Assembly (NCBI GenBank): GCA_001179505.1
Contig: CDMY01000247.1
Coordinates: 85,998-149,997 of the forward strand
Direction of reading: 5' to 3'
Source: Vitrella brassicaformis CCMP3155
Taxonomy: Eukaryota; Protista; Chromerida
DNA length: 64,000 nucleotides
This document shows, in pieces, positions 11,701 to 23,130 of the stretch. The notes below the pieces were generated by a model, which ran no database searches, was not told the DNA's origin, and saw only the letters and a list, made by a program, of their open reading frames with translations. The position numbers were made by a program, and so were the translations under genes. The stretch's first letter is position 1; each line of letters starts with the position of its first letter.

Positions 11701-14454
11701 GGGGGGTGGGGCGGGTGGTGAGGCCGATGACGTGGACATGGGTGACGTGGTGGACAACACCGTGGCTCAGGAGGGCATGAAGCGGACGGTCAAGCCGGAG
11801 CCCAGCGATGCCCCCCACCACCATCCCCAGCAGCACGGCGAGCAGTCCGACGGGAGTGAGTGTGAGGATGAGGAGCAGCCGCTTCAGATGCGGCTGCACC
11901 GCGCCAATCTGGACCTCATGAAGCAGATGCGCAAGCGGGTCACCGACCGAGTCAGGGCCCTCACACCAGCCGACAAGGACCCCGTCTACCTGGGCATCTA
12001 CATGAGCAACAAGAAGGCCGCCTTCTTCGCGTCCGTCAAAGAGGAGCCGGTGCCCTATGCACAACAGAAGAAGGGACCGGCCAGACGCGTCGCTGAGCTG
12101 GGTACACACACACCACCCCACGCACACACGCACATGTATGACGATGGTCCATCTCACTCTCCCTTCCTCTGTCTGTGTGCCATGATGTCACTGTCTGTCA
12201 GGCTTGCGTGGTGCCTTTGCCATGGCGGCGTCGGATCGTGACCGGCTGGCCGATGCCGTGGGCATTCCCCGCCTGCCCGACCCGGCCACGTACGCTGACA
12301 TCCTGGAGGAATTCGACAGCGGGAAGGACTCAGATGGACGCGCAGAGCCCAAGCAACCGAGCCAACCGCCTGTGAGTGGCTGAGAGATGCCGTCCGTGAC
12401 GTCGCCCTTTCCTTTTCTCTGTCTATGTTGCCTTCAGCCTCCCGTCCGTGGTCGCAGCCGAGGTCGGGGTCGAGTGGGCCGTCCCCCCAAGATACGACGC
12501 GTTCCGCCTCTCGGCTTCGACCCCGATCGAGTGATCAAGCAGGAGAACGGGGAGGGGGTCGTCATGCGGGGCAGGGCAAGGGGCCGCGTGGGTCGGCCGC
12601 CCACAAGGAGCAGAGGTGGCCGGGGCGGCGGTGTGTCGACGCGAGGGAGGGCCAGGCGGTATCGGGACAGTGAGTCAGATGAGGATGGGGAGGGGAGCGT
12701 GGATGACGCGGACTCCCTCTATGGCGCACCGGCGAGGCGCCAACGGGACGGCCGCACGAGCGCTGAGATGAAGGCTGAGATGGCCAAGCGCCTGCTGGCA
12801 GGAGATACGGAAGACATGGACATGGACCAATACACAGGTGGTCGGTCGGTGGACAACACACGGCACAGACAGAGAGGCAGGATGCGACGTTGTGTTGTGT
12901 GTTGTGTGTCAGGCGGGGGCCGCAAGCGTCGGCGCAAGACGAAGCGTCACGAGTCGCCGATGGACGTCGACTTCAGTGCATCAGGTGGGCAGGCACCGAC
13001 GCCCTCGATGCGCATTTGACATGCACATGGTTTCTCCTTCAGTTGAGAAGAAAGGCAGCATGTCGCCCTCCCGCACCGACGAGCGCATCCGTGCGGCCCG
13101 CATGGCGGCTGAGATGCCCCTCCCCACCACCTCTCTCTCCCTCGTCTCACCCTCACTCTCATCCAAAGACTACCAGGCCTTCCTGAGCTTCATGCAGCAG
13201 AGGGAACAACAGCAGCAGCAGATGGCGGCAGGGGCGAGCACGGAGCTGGGTGGGCCGAGCCAGAATGATCCCTTCGCTCTGCCTGGCTGTAGTCGTGAGG
13301 ATGGCCGTGTCGGCGTGTCCTCTGCGGCGGGTGACGGGGGCTCGCGAGGCGCCAGGGAGGAGCCACCCGGCTTCAAGTCGGTGTTTGTGCTTCCGTTGTG
13401 CCCGGCGGACGTCGGCAAACCCCAGTTCGACGGCAGACCGCCGCTGGTCCCTGCGTCACATGTACCATCCGGCGGGTCGAGTATGGTTGAGTCGCCCTCC
13501 GGCCGACAGTCGTGGCTCGTGCCGCTCAAGCCTCCGACTACCAACCCGATCGTCGAGGGCCGGCGCCCAGAGCCTGCTGCGTCAGCGAGCGGGTGAGCGG
13601 GTCACGGGGCGAGACAGATGCAGGCTTGTGTGAAGTGGGTGGTGGTTTGTTTGTTTGAAATGCAGTGTCGCTTTGTCTGCTCAACTGGCCCTCACTGACG
13701 GTATGGCTGGAGTGTCGGCGGACGCTGAGATGGGGAAGGAGGTTTGCCAGCTCAAAGGCGACTGGACTGAGTACATCGGTGCCATGAAGGCCTCGCAGCG
13801 ACCCGACCTGCTGGCTGTCGTGCCCTTCTTTGAACACGTGAGCAGCCCCATCTGCTGTCGTGCAGGTGGCCATCACACTGCATCTGTCCTGTCTGCAGGG
13901 TGAGGGTCAAGGTTTGCCTCCGAGTGAGGTGCTGGCGACTCTCCGCGACGACCGCACCGTGCTGTGTGATGCCATGGGTGTGGCACACCCCTCGACGCTT
14001 CTCGACCTTCTCGCCTTCCTCACGGCCGGTGGGGATGTCGGCAAGATGGACACCGGCATGGCGGCCGATGGGGAATTCGCGGCCCTCACCCAGATGGACG
14101 CCATGTGGCTGTCTCGCGCCCTCAAGGACCACAACGAGCAAAGCGATGCTCTCAAGATTGCCATTGAGCAACTGGCAGACACCATCACGAAGGCAAGCCA
14201 GGAAGCATTGGATGCAGTGCGGCACACGTGTGTCACAGTGTGTGTGGTGTGCATGTCAGTTGGAGATCTCTGGGTCGACTCTGTTGCGTCTGTTCAAGTA
14301 CCGCAGCAGCGGGTCGTCCCCCCCGCAGCCGAGTGTGGAGGAGCAAGTGGTGCGTGAGATGGGGGTGGAGCTGCCGCTGAGGGTCTACATCAAAGTCAGG
14401 CACATACTCAAGAACGCACTCAGAGACATAGGGGCGGTGGCCACGGCCGACTGA
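8774..14454 (+). CDS. Large nuclear protein with three AP2-like domains, AT-hook-like motifs and a C-terminal SAM-like domain
   Basis: An in-frame chain of exons was traced from 8774 to the TGA at 14454. Three similar modules (LRAL..P..PLGV...; helix REAY/AV..A...RN..A..LGL.PI; D..L...DW) lie in 11010-12340. RGRVGRPP occurs twice at 12460-12605. The C-terminus LADTITK|LEISGSTLLRL...VVREMGVELPLRVYIKVRHIL is SAM-like. Confidence 0.7.
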
Positions 14455-15095
14455 CTGATTGAGACGCCACGTCCGCACAGTTTTTTTCCTATGGATGTGT
14501 CAAGCATGGCGCCTTCGTGATTGACTCGTTTGTGGCCCGATGAACTTTCTGGGGCTGGATCGGCGATGAGTGTGGATGAACGTTTTTTCCCAGCGATTCT
14601 TTGTTTCCTCGTGGCAGTGAAGACTTGAAATACCACCGTCCAACCTTTGTTTGAACGGCAGACCATGGCCATGTAACAACACAAATCCATGAGGACATCA
14701 CAAGCACTTGCACACGATGTGTGTGTGTATGGTGCACACATCCATCCATCCATCGATGCCCATTTCGTTCGGCTCCCATTTCTTAGCGATCGACGAGTTC
14801 ATTCGAATCCACTGTTCAGTTCAGGTACTTCCGTCCGTCCGTCCGTCAAGCCAAAAGGCGTGTCTTGGCGGGGCGAGCAAAGACACAGACATTATGCATG
14901 CAAATCTGATCAGCCAGTCTGTCTGTCGACTGTACACGCAGTCAATGTACATATGCACAACAGAAAAACAGGCAGCTAGCAAGGCCTCTCAACTCCCTTG
15001 CCCTCCCCTGTCAGCCCTTCCCTCAGGTAGCCTGCACTCGCCTCCCTCCCTCGCCCCCTGCATGCCTCCCCGCCCTCCATTGGTGTATTGATTGA

Positions 15096-15673
15096 TTATC
15101 CAGCCGTGATTCTGTCGAGTTCGTCTTTGGCCTCTGTGCTGACTGTCCTGAAGTCATCGATGAGTTGTGGGAGGGAGTCGAGCTGGTTCTTGTCCACCGC
15201 CAACTGAATGGCCTCGCACGTCCTCTGCAGATGATCCGCTGCCGCATACCTGAGGGAGGGATCCATCGACGGGTGGATGACATGACATACACGAGGGCAA
15301 GGTGTTGCTGTGGGATGTGTGTGTACGAGGCTGACCCTGATGAGCCCTTGAGGGCGTGGGCGTCTTTTCGCATCGTCTGGTAGTCCTTCTTGTCCCATGC
15401 ACTCAAGATGCTCGCGACCTTCGTCTGAGTGTCAGCAGACAAACAGCGACCACACAGACGAGAAAGAAAAACAAATCATGAAATCATCAATCGATGACTT
15501 TGCGTGCATCGTGCATCCTTCCTTTGATCAATTCCATTCTGTGGGCTCCTGTCCTGCCACGCAACGCAGCTTACTTGGAGTTCTTCCTTGTATCTGCCCA
15601 GCAGCATGAGGAAGGTCTCCTCGTCGCCTATTATCTCCGCCCCCTTGCCGATGTCAAAGTGCTTGTACGACAT
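15096..15673 (-). CDS. Stand-alone histidine phosphotransfer (HPt) protein
   Basis: Three exons (15673-15575, 15424-15336, 15249-15096) give MSYKHFDIGKGAEIIGDEETFLMLLGRYKEELQTKVASILSAWDKKDYQTMRKDAHALKGSSGYAAADHLQRTCEAIQ...ITAG, containing the HPt signature AHxLKGSS with the phospho-accepting His. Confidence 0.9.
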
Positions 15674-16057
15674 CGACGGATGGACAGGTGGCCACACACC
15701 TTCAGGGGACCGACGACGATGAGCAACGACGCAGAGAGCAACCAGGGCGGGAAGTCTTCGCTTTTTTCACTGAAGAGCACTCAGCAGCACTGCAGGGGGT
15801 CGCCAGGACGTGCTGGGACGCCTCAAATTATGATTTTCATCTCCTCCCTCTTTTCAACAGTTACACGCACCCTAAATCACCACTGGTCGAGATCTTCGTG
15901 GCAAAATTGGCCTCAAGCGCCTTCCGGCGTAGCCCTCACGCGAGCCATCAGGTGTGTAGCTTGTTGAGCGGCTTTGTCCTGATCACAGAGAGCGTCATCC
16001 GGCGCTCGCCCCCTCCGTCGCTCCCCTGTTGGCCATCTCGGCTGAGTGGCTCCTGCG

Positions 16058-19000
16058 ATGTTTTCCTGGTTTCGCAGGGGCAACAATGAGGCCAAGAAGA
16101 GGACGGCTGTGTCGATATACCACTACCAGCTCTCGGACGTGAAGAGCCTCCGCGCTGAGGTGGTGGTGCTGCCCAATGGCAACGTCGAGTGCACCTTCAT
16201 TGCATCCCATGACGACCTGGTAAGGGGCACACACCATGCTCATGCACAAGTCGGCCTTGTGTGGTCACCCTCTTGTCCTGTGTGTGTTGTCATGTCATGT
16301 GACGTCAGTTGCTTCACTGGGGGGTCCAGTGGCCTCACTCGCACTGGGAGTACCCGCCCTGCCCCCTCCCGCCCAACTCACGGTCGCACCATGGTCGGGC
16401 CATGCAGAGCAAGCTCAAGCGCAACGCCGACGACAAGCACCCCGACAAACCTGCCGTCACCGTCACTTTCACACCGCCAGACATCCCACTCGCCGCTGTC
16501 TGGGCCGTGCAGGACCGCTCATCACGCGACTGGTACGCCTACACCCACTCGACAATAGTGCAGCATTCCTACGCCCTGATTCGTGTGTGCAGGTACAACA
16601 ATCACCAGAGGAACTTCGTGTGTCCGCTCAAGGAGGGCGTGTCGGCTGAGGGGGCCGTGGAGCCCGCCGGCGTCAAGAAGGAGGTCAGGTGGGTAGAGCA
16701 GAAGGTCAAGTCGGCGCGTGTCGAGGCGCTGGGGCGCGCCACCCCTCCCCGGACGAACGTGGTGCCCGCCACCAGTGGCGCGAGCCACCACCACGGGCCG
16801 GACGAGTCGTCGCCTACGATGAGCGAGAAGGAGAGGGCGTGGGTGAAGCTCGAGGACCCCGCCAAGAGGGAGAGGGCCCTGCTGCCCAAGAACGACAAGA
16901 TTATCGTCTCCAAACCTCTCACCCTCTGCTTGCCCCCCGACGTCAGATCCATAGCCAACGGATACACCATCAAGCCCGAACCGGTATGCAGCAACACACA
17001 CTCGCACACACGCAGAGTGTGGTCGTCGCTCATCGGTTCTTTGTGCTTGTTGTTTTGTGGGCAGATGATCGACCTGAAGCCGCCCACACCGAAGCCCACC
17101 CACAAGCGGACCCACTCGCACACCCATACGCCCACACAGCCGCCCGTGAGCGCGTCAGCGGACAGCCTGCAGAAGGAGATGGCCCTCCACTGCAAAGCCC
17201 CACTCGCCGAGCGATGCCGCTTCTCCATCACATACGAGGGCGCCACCATGCCCTCGGCCATCGGCGCCAAGCAAGGGGCCTCACTGGTCATCGTCGCCCC
17301 GTCTGCCGGCGATCGGTCGCCTTGTGATGCGTATCGGTTTGTGATCCTGACGGACTACTTGCCTGAGAGTCGGCTGTTTTTGCACTGGGGTGCGAGGTTC
17401 GACGACAGCGGTGACGCGTGGCAGACGACGCCCGAGAGCTACTGGCCCGAGAGGACTAGGGAAGACATGGGAGGTGAGACGGATCCAGAGGGAGGGAGAG
17501 GGAAAGAAGCGATGGCATAGTGATGGTTTTGGTGTCATGTTTGTTGTGCGTCAGCCATAGAGAGTGACTTCTTTGGTGGCAAGAACGTTGGCGTACTCAA
17601 GATAGAATTCGAGCTGCCGGTAAGCGAAACACCGACCACATACTCCTCCCTATCTATGTATGCCCCCCCATGTTCTCTTCTTCTCTTCCCGCAGCTGCCC
17701 CACGGCGACCACTCGCATTGGGTAAATCAGATCCAGTTTGTCCTCAGAGACGGGTGGCGGTGGATGAAGAACGGTGACAATGACTTCACCCTAGACATCT
17801 CGAGACCCTCAGGACACGGGCACCATGAAGGACCGCCACAGCGCAGGGCATCCTCACGCACCGACACCCACCATGCCGATACCCACCAGCAGCAGCAGGA
17901 GGATGTGGCTGAGCAGCAGCAGCAGCAGCAGCAGTCGGTGCGCGCGCGCACCCCGCCCCCCGCCGTCAAGATGCCCGATGCCGTCCCGCCAGCTGCGAGC
18001 AACTTCTCCGGCTTCAGCGCAGTGCCCCTTACGCATGGGGCCAACCACCACGACGTCGAGAACTTTCAACACACCTCCGGATGGCTCGGTGAGGGGGAAC
18101 AACGAGACAGGAGAGAAAGGAATCCGACAACCTTTCCCCATTCATGTGTTGGGTGTGCCTTGCCTGTGTCAATCCAATCAGTTGACACCATTTGCCATCG
18201 CGAGAACGAGGCGCGTCGTTCGCTGATGCACCGCTTCACGATCCTGAACGAGCAGATGCGCAACATCCGGGACAACAGCGGCGGGCTGACGCCGCCCCAG
18301 TGGCACTTCCGGCAGAACCTGCTGTGCCTCATGGCGTGGGCGAGGTACTACGCCGTGCGGCAGCTGGTGTGGAACCACAACTACAACGTCAAGCCGCGGG
18401 AGATCAGCTCGGCACAGGAGGCCCTCATCTACACGTGTGCTGACATGTAAGCCGACAACAAACACCCACACAGGCACTCACCTATTGGCAGCGGTGGATA
18501 CGTAAATGGATTGTATTTTGTGATCGTGTCTGTTGCCGTTGTGATAACTCAGCTTCAAGTCGTTGAGCTGTGGTGACGATTTGTCGGTTGAGTGCCGCGA
18601 GGTGCTGCGGCTGTTCTTCAGACAGATCGGCCGGGGAGGACAGGGCAACCAGGTGGGTGGGTGGATGGGCGAGGGCCGGGGAAGGAAACACTAGACAAGT
18701 GCGGAAATGCTGTCTGTCTGTCTGTCTGTCTCATATTCGCATCAGGGTCAGCGCATCCGTGACGAGATTCTGGTCCTGCAGCGCGAAACGGACACCAAAG
18801 GAGGTGTGTAATGCGCCACACCGCACCGCGCCACGCCCACATTCATCCATCTTTCCATCTGTGTCTGCGTGTGGGTGCTGATGTATTGTATGCAGGCATG
18901 ATGGAGGAGTGGCACCAGAAGATCCACAATAACACCTCCGCCGACGACATCGGCATCTGCCTCGCCCTCCTCGCTTACGCCCAGGACCTCGACATCAACA

Positions 19001-22000
19001 AATACTGGGCCACGCTGCAACAACACGGCATCGACCGCAACAGGCTCGCCTCATACGACCGGGCCATCTGCAGCGAGCCACACTTCAGGAAGGACCAGCA
19101 GCGGGGCCTCATCGACGGGCTCACACGATACCTCCGCACCCTCAAGGCCGTCCATGCGGGCGCTGACATGGAAGCCGCAGCAACACGGTATTCCCCCACG
19201 CACAGACAGCGCAACGCACCTAAAGCGAAACGATCTCTCGCTCTGTCTGGCTGTTTGCAGCATGTTGGGGTACGACGCTGGCGAGTGTCTGGGCAAGGTG
19301 ACCAAGCAGGACCCATCTCGGTGGCTGCAGCTGGTGCCCGACCTGGAGATCCGTCTGCACCACCTCCTGGCCCTCCACCGCGAGATGTCTGGGGTGAGTC
19401 AGCGGCGCCCCGACGACGCTGCTGGACGGCCGGACAGCGAGGGGATGGTGGCCGTGACGCAGAGGCTCGACTACATGGTGGCCGCGACCGCACTGAGGGA
19501 ATACCTCGGGTGGACCCTCCATGAGCCATCAGGTGGGCTCAATCAGAGCATCCACTCATCTGATTCTCTGGATGAATGGATGGTCTTGTGTGTGTCAGAG
19601 CTCAAGTACCAGCAGCAGTATCGTGTGATTGTCGAGGACAAGCAGCGGATGGCGGCAACAGACAGGGGCGTCAAGAGAGGGGCCGGTGGGGCCCGCAAGC
19701 AAACCGACGTTGCGGCCGTGTGGAGCCAGGGGAACGTCGATTACGAGGGCTCTCGGCTGCGATCGAGTTTGGGACAGGTCAAGCACGCGCTGAACGACTC
19801 GACTCTGCTGCTGGACATACTCTTCCTTGACATGGCACTCGAAGATGAGGTGGGTCAGAATCAGAGGAGGCAACGGAGGAGGTGCGGTCACCGTTGCCCG
19901 TCTGGTGTTTTCAGATTCGCACAGCTGGTGAGGGCTGCGCCTCGTTCACGTCGATGAACCACGGACACAACCTGTCGCCCGCAGCCATGCAGGAACGACT
20001 CAAAGTGGTCAGTCAGTCAGCACGCGCCCCCTCACACCGATCACCACCTACACATAAGGATTCTCTCTCTCTCTTATCTCCTTCTCTCCAGGCTGTGGCC
20101 GTCTCTGAGTGGCTGATTGTCAACACTGCCCTAACGATGAAGAGCCTCCACACCGACGCATCTAAGGCGCACAAGGCCGACGAGCTGCAGACCCTCGGCC
20201 ACTGCCTGGGCGGCTGGCGGGCCCTCTACCGCGACCAGCCGGCGGGGCTGCAGGGCGGCCTGCGCCTCCGGGGCATCTGCGAGCGGCTGGAGCTGTGGAT
20301 GCAGGACGAGGGGCATCGGCTGACGTCACTGCTGCAGCCGTCTGGACAGGTCGTGGGAGATGCGCTGCAATGCGATAGGTGGGTACCTGGCTGACAGAGA
20401 GTACGGGGCATGCGTGACATGATCGTTCTGCGACTTTGCTGCACATGCCAGGCACGTTGTTGGTACGTATGCCGAGGAGCTCCTGCGCGGCTCTTTGCTA
20501 GCGGCCATCTCGGGGAGCATCGAACGCATAGTGCAGGTGAGGAAGAGTCACAGACACCATGCCATGATGGCCAGTACGCCACTGGAATCCTTCCCCGGTT
20601 CGCAGGGCGGTCGTCGTGTGTTTGGCTTCTCGCCATGGGAGTTGATTAGTGCGGTCAAGGATGGCGTCACGGGTGACGTCAGGGAATGCAACAACCTCGC
20701 CGACGTACAATTCGAGCGGTGAGCTGCAACAGTCAGGATGTCACTTGTCAGGTCTTCATGGGTACGTGTGTGTGTCAGGTATGAGCATGCGACCATATTG
20801 ATAGCGTGGCGCATGACGGGCGGCGAGGAGATCCCCATCGGGTGTGCGTCCCTCATCACGCCGTCATCTGTCGACATCCTCAGCCACTCGGCGGTGAGGT
20901 CGCACCATATGCGGCACGCACAATGCACCCTGCAACCTTTTTATTCCTCTGTGTGTGTCTGTGTGTGTTTTGCAGGTCCGCAGCCGTAATGCGGGGGTGT
21001 TGTTGGCTTCCTGCAGCGACGAGTCGACGCTCAGGCGGCTGGTGGACGACATCAAGGGCAAACGGCAACACCACGAGAGCGTTCATGCCAGGTGAGGGGA
21101 CACAAACAACACACACGGCATAACACAGCACGGCACGGCCGAATGGTTGTATCACTCACTGTCGGCCTCTGCGTGTGATGTGTGCAGTTGGTCAGATTCC
21201 GACGGCGGTCAGATTATTTTTCATCCCTGCGCCGGACAGCCGGCCCACAAGTCGGACAACACCAACAACGCCGCCCTCTTCGCCGGTCTTACTAGAAGAG
21301 ACCTCCAGGTAACGATGACAGACAACACATCCAAACACCCAGACAACCGAACCACACATCTTCTCGCCCCCTCTCTGTGTGTCTGTCCGTTGCAGAAACC
21401 TCGCGTCCCCAAGCTGCCCCTCGGCTGCACGCCCCATTTCCCCCCTCTCGGCGAGGCCCTGGCGGCCCACCTGCTCCCGCTCAACGCCCAGTTCAGCAAA
21501 CATGAGCTGCTGGGGGCCAAGGCGAGGAACCTTCACACGCTGGCCTCGACGGTCGGCACCCGGCTGCCCACGCCGGCGTCGGTGTCGCTGCCTCTGGGTG
21601 TGTGCGAGGAGGTGGCCATGACGGACTCGGCCAACCGCAAGGCCTGGGATGAGGTCAGACGGCTGGAGCCGATCGTCATCGAGAAACTGCACAATGGAGA
21701 TGTGAGCACTAACGAGAGAGAAGAGGGGATCGGTCCTGCATGAGTGTTTTGTTCTTTTTTGGGTTTTAGAATTGTTCCGACGAGCTCAAGACTCTTCGCA
21801 AGCTGACGCTGTCCCTGTCGGTGCCGTCTGCGGCCCAGCTGTGCAAGAGCATCCTCTCCCACCTCAACGTGCAGCCCGTCAGCGACACCCGCGCCCTGGG
21901 CAACCACCTCTGGAAGGCCATCAAGGAGGTCTGGGCGTCCAAGTACAACGACCGCGCAGTCATCGGCTGCTACCGGGCCGGCATCGACCCCATGGGTGTC

Positions 22001-22759
22001 CGGCTGGCCGTCCTCATCCAGCCGATCGTCCCGGCCGTCGTGGCCTTCGTGCTGCACACGCGCCATCCCGGGATGGAGCACGACGCCCACGACTGGGTGT
22101 ATGGCGAGGCGGTGCAGGGGCTCGGTGAGGCGCTCGTGTCCAACGAGCCTGGCCGGGCGCTTGGGTTTGCGGTGCGCAAGTCGAACCCGAGGGAGGTGAA
22201 GGTGACGTCTTGGTGGAGCAAGCGGAAGGCGCTGAGGGTGCAGAAACACAATGTGGGGGGGCAGGACGCGCCCACCTTCATCTGCAGGTGAGACAGTGAG
22301 AGTGAGGGAGTGGGATACGTGACAAACAAACATGGCGGGAGTGGAGTGCACCATTCTGCTGTTGGTAGGTCTGACTCCACTGCTGAGGATTTGGAGGGCC
22401 ATGCGGGAGCAGGCCTCTATGACTCTATCATCGCCCCTGAGGTACACACCACACCCAAACAGACACGGGACACTCCCAAAACCCTCATCGTCTTTCTGCT
22501 CTCTTGTTTTCAGGGCGGCGTCTCGTGGGATATGGTCGACCTGACGAAGGAGCCCTTCCGCGACCCACAGCGCAGCCCCGGCCCCCTAGTGGGCCACGCC
22601 GCCCTGCCCATGACACTTGATGAGCTAGCGGGGAAGCTGTGCGACGTGGCCAAGACAGTTGAGGAGAGCTGCCACGGTCGCCCGCAGGACGTAGAGGGGG
22701 TCGTGACGGAGACGGGCGAGGTGGTGATTGTGCAGACCAGGCCACAGGTGGGCATCTAG
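16058..22759 (+). CDS. GWD: Alpha-glucan, water dikinase
   Basis: Two CBM45-like LHWG motifs (about 16310, about 17380); GWD-conserved segments VWNHNYNVKPREISSAQ, GQRIRDEIL, MMEEWHQKIHNNTSADD, LRTLKAVHAGAD; phosphohistidine motif VDILSHSA|VRSRN (about 20870-20990); PPDK-type nucleotide-binding domain AIKEVWASKYNDRA, GLGEALV, DLEGHAGAGLYDS, QDVEG...IVQTRPQV. Confidence 0.95.
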
Positions 22760-23076
22760 TGCCTGAGAGGGGGAGGGGGTTGGGTGGGTGGTGCTAGGTT
22801 GGTTGGTTGATAGTGATGTTTGGGCGGGCTGGCTGGGGAAGGAGGGAGGGGAAGAGCCGAGGGTCAGAGAGAGCAGAGAGTGGTGGTGTGAGCGGCAGAT
22901 AATTCACCCTGACCACACCACACCACATGTGGGCCCTCTTTTTCCCTCTGCAAGCTTGCTAGTGTCTTCATCGGTAAGGGGAAACGACCGAGGGAGGGAG
23001 GGTCGATTGCATGGCTTCATGAGTGTGTGTTCCTATGATGATGCCGATGCTGATGCCTAACTATGACCTATGAAAT

Positions 23077-23130
23077 ATGTTGTGTGTGCGTGTGTGTGTG
23101 CGTGTGTGTGTGCGTGTGTGTGTGCGTGTG
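23077..23130. repeat. Compound (TG)n microsatellite with regular CG interruptions
   Basis: tgtgtgtgcgtgtgtgtgtgcgtgtgtgtgtgcgtgtgtgtgtgcgtgtg downstream of GWD. Confidence 0.85.

Noticed and set aside
11188-12157. Long antisense ORFs opposite GC-rich exons (also 16522-17291, 21533-22447, 47364-48131)
   Set aside because: These are expected shadows of GC3-rich coding sequence with no independent motifs or splice signals.
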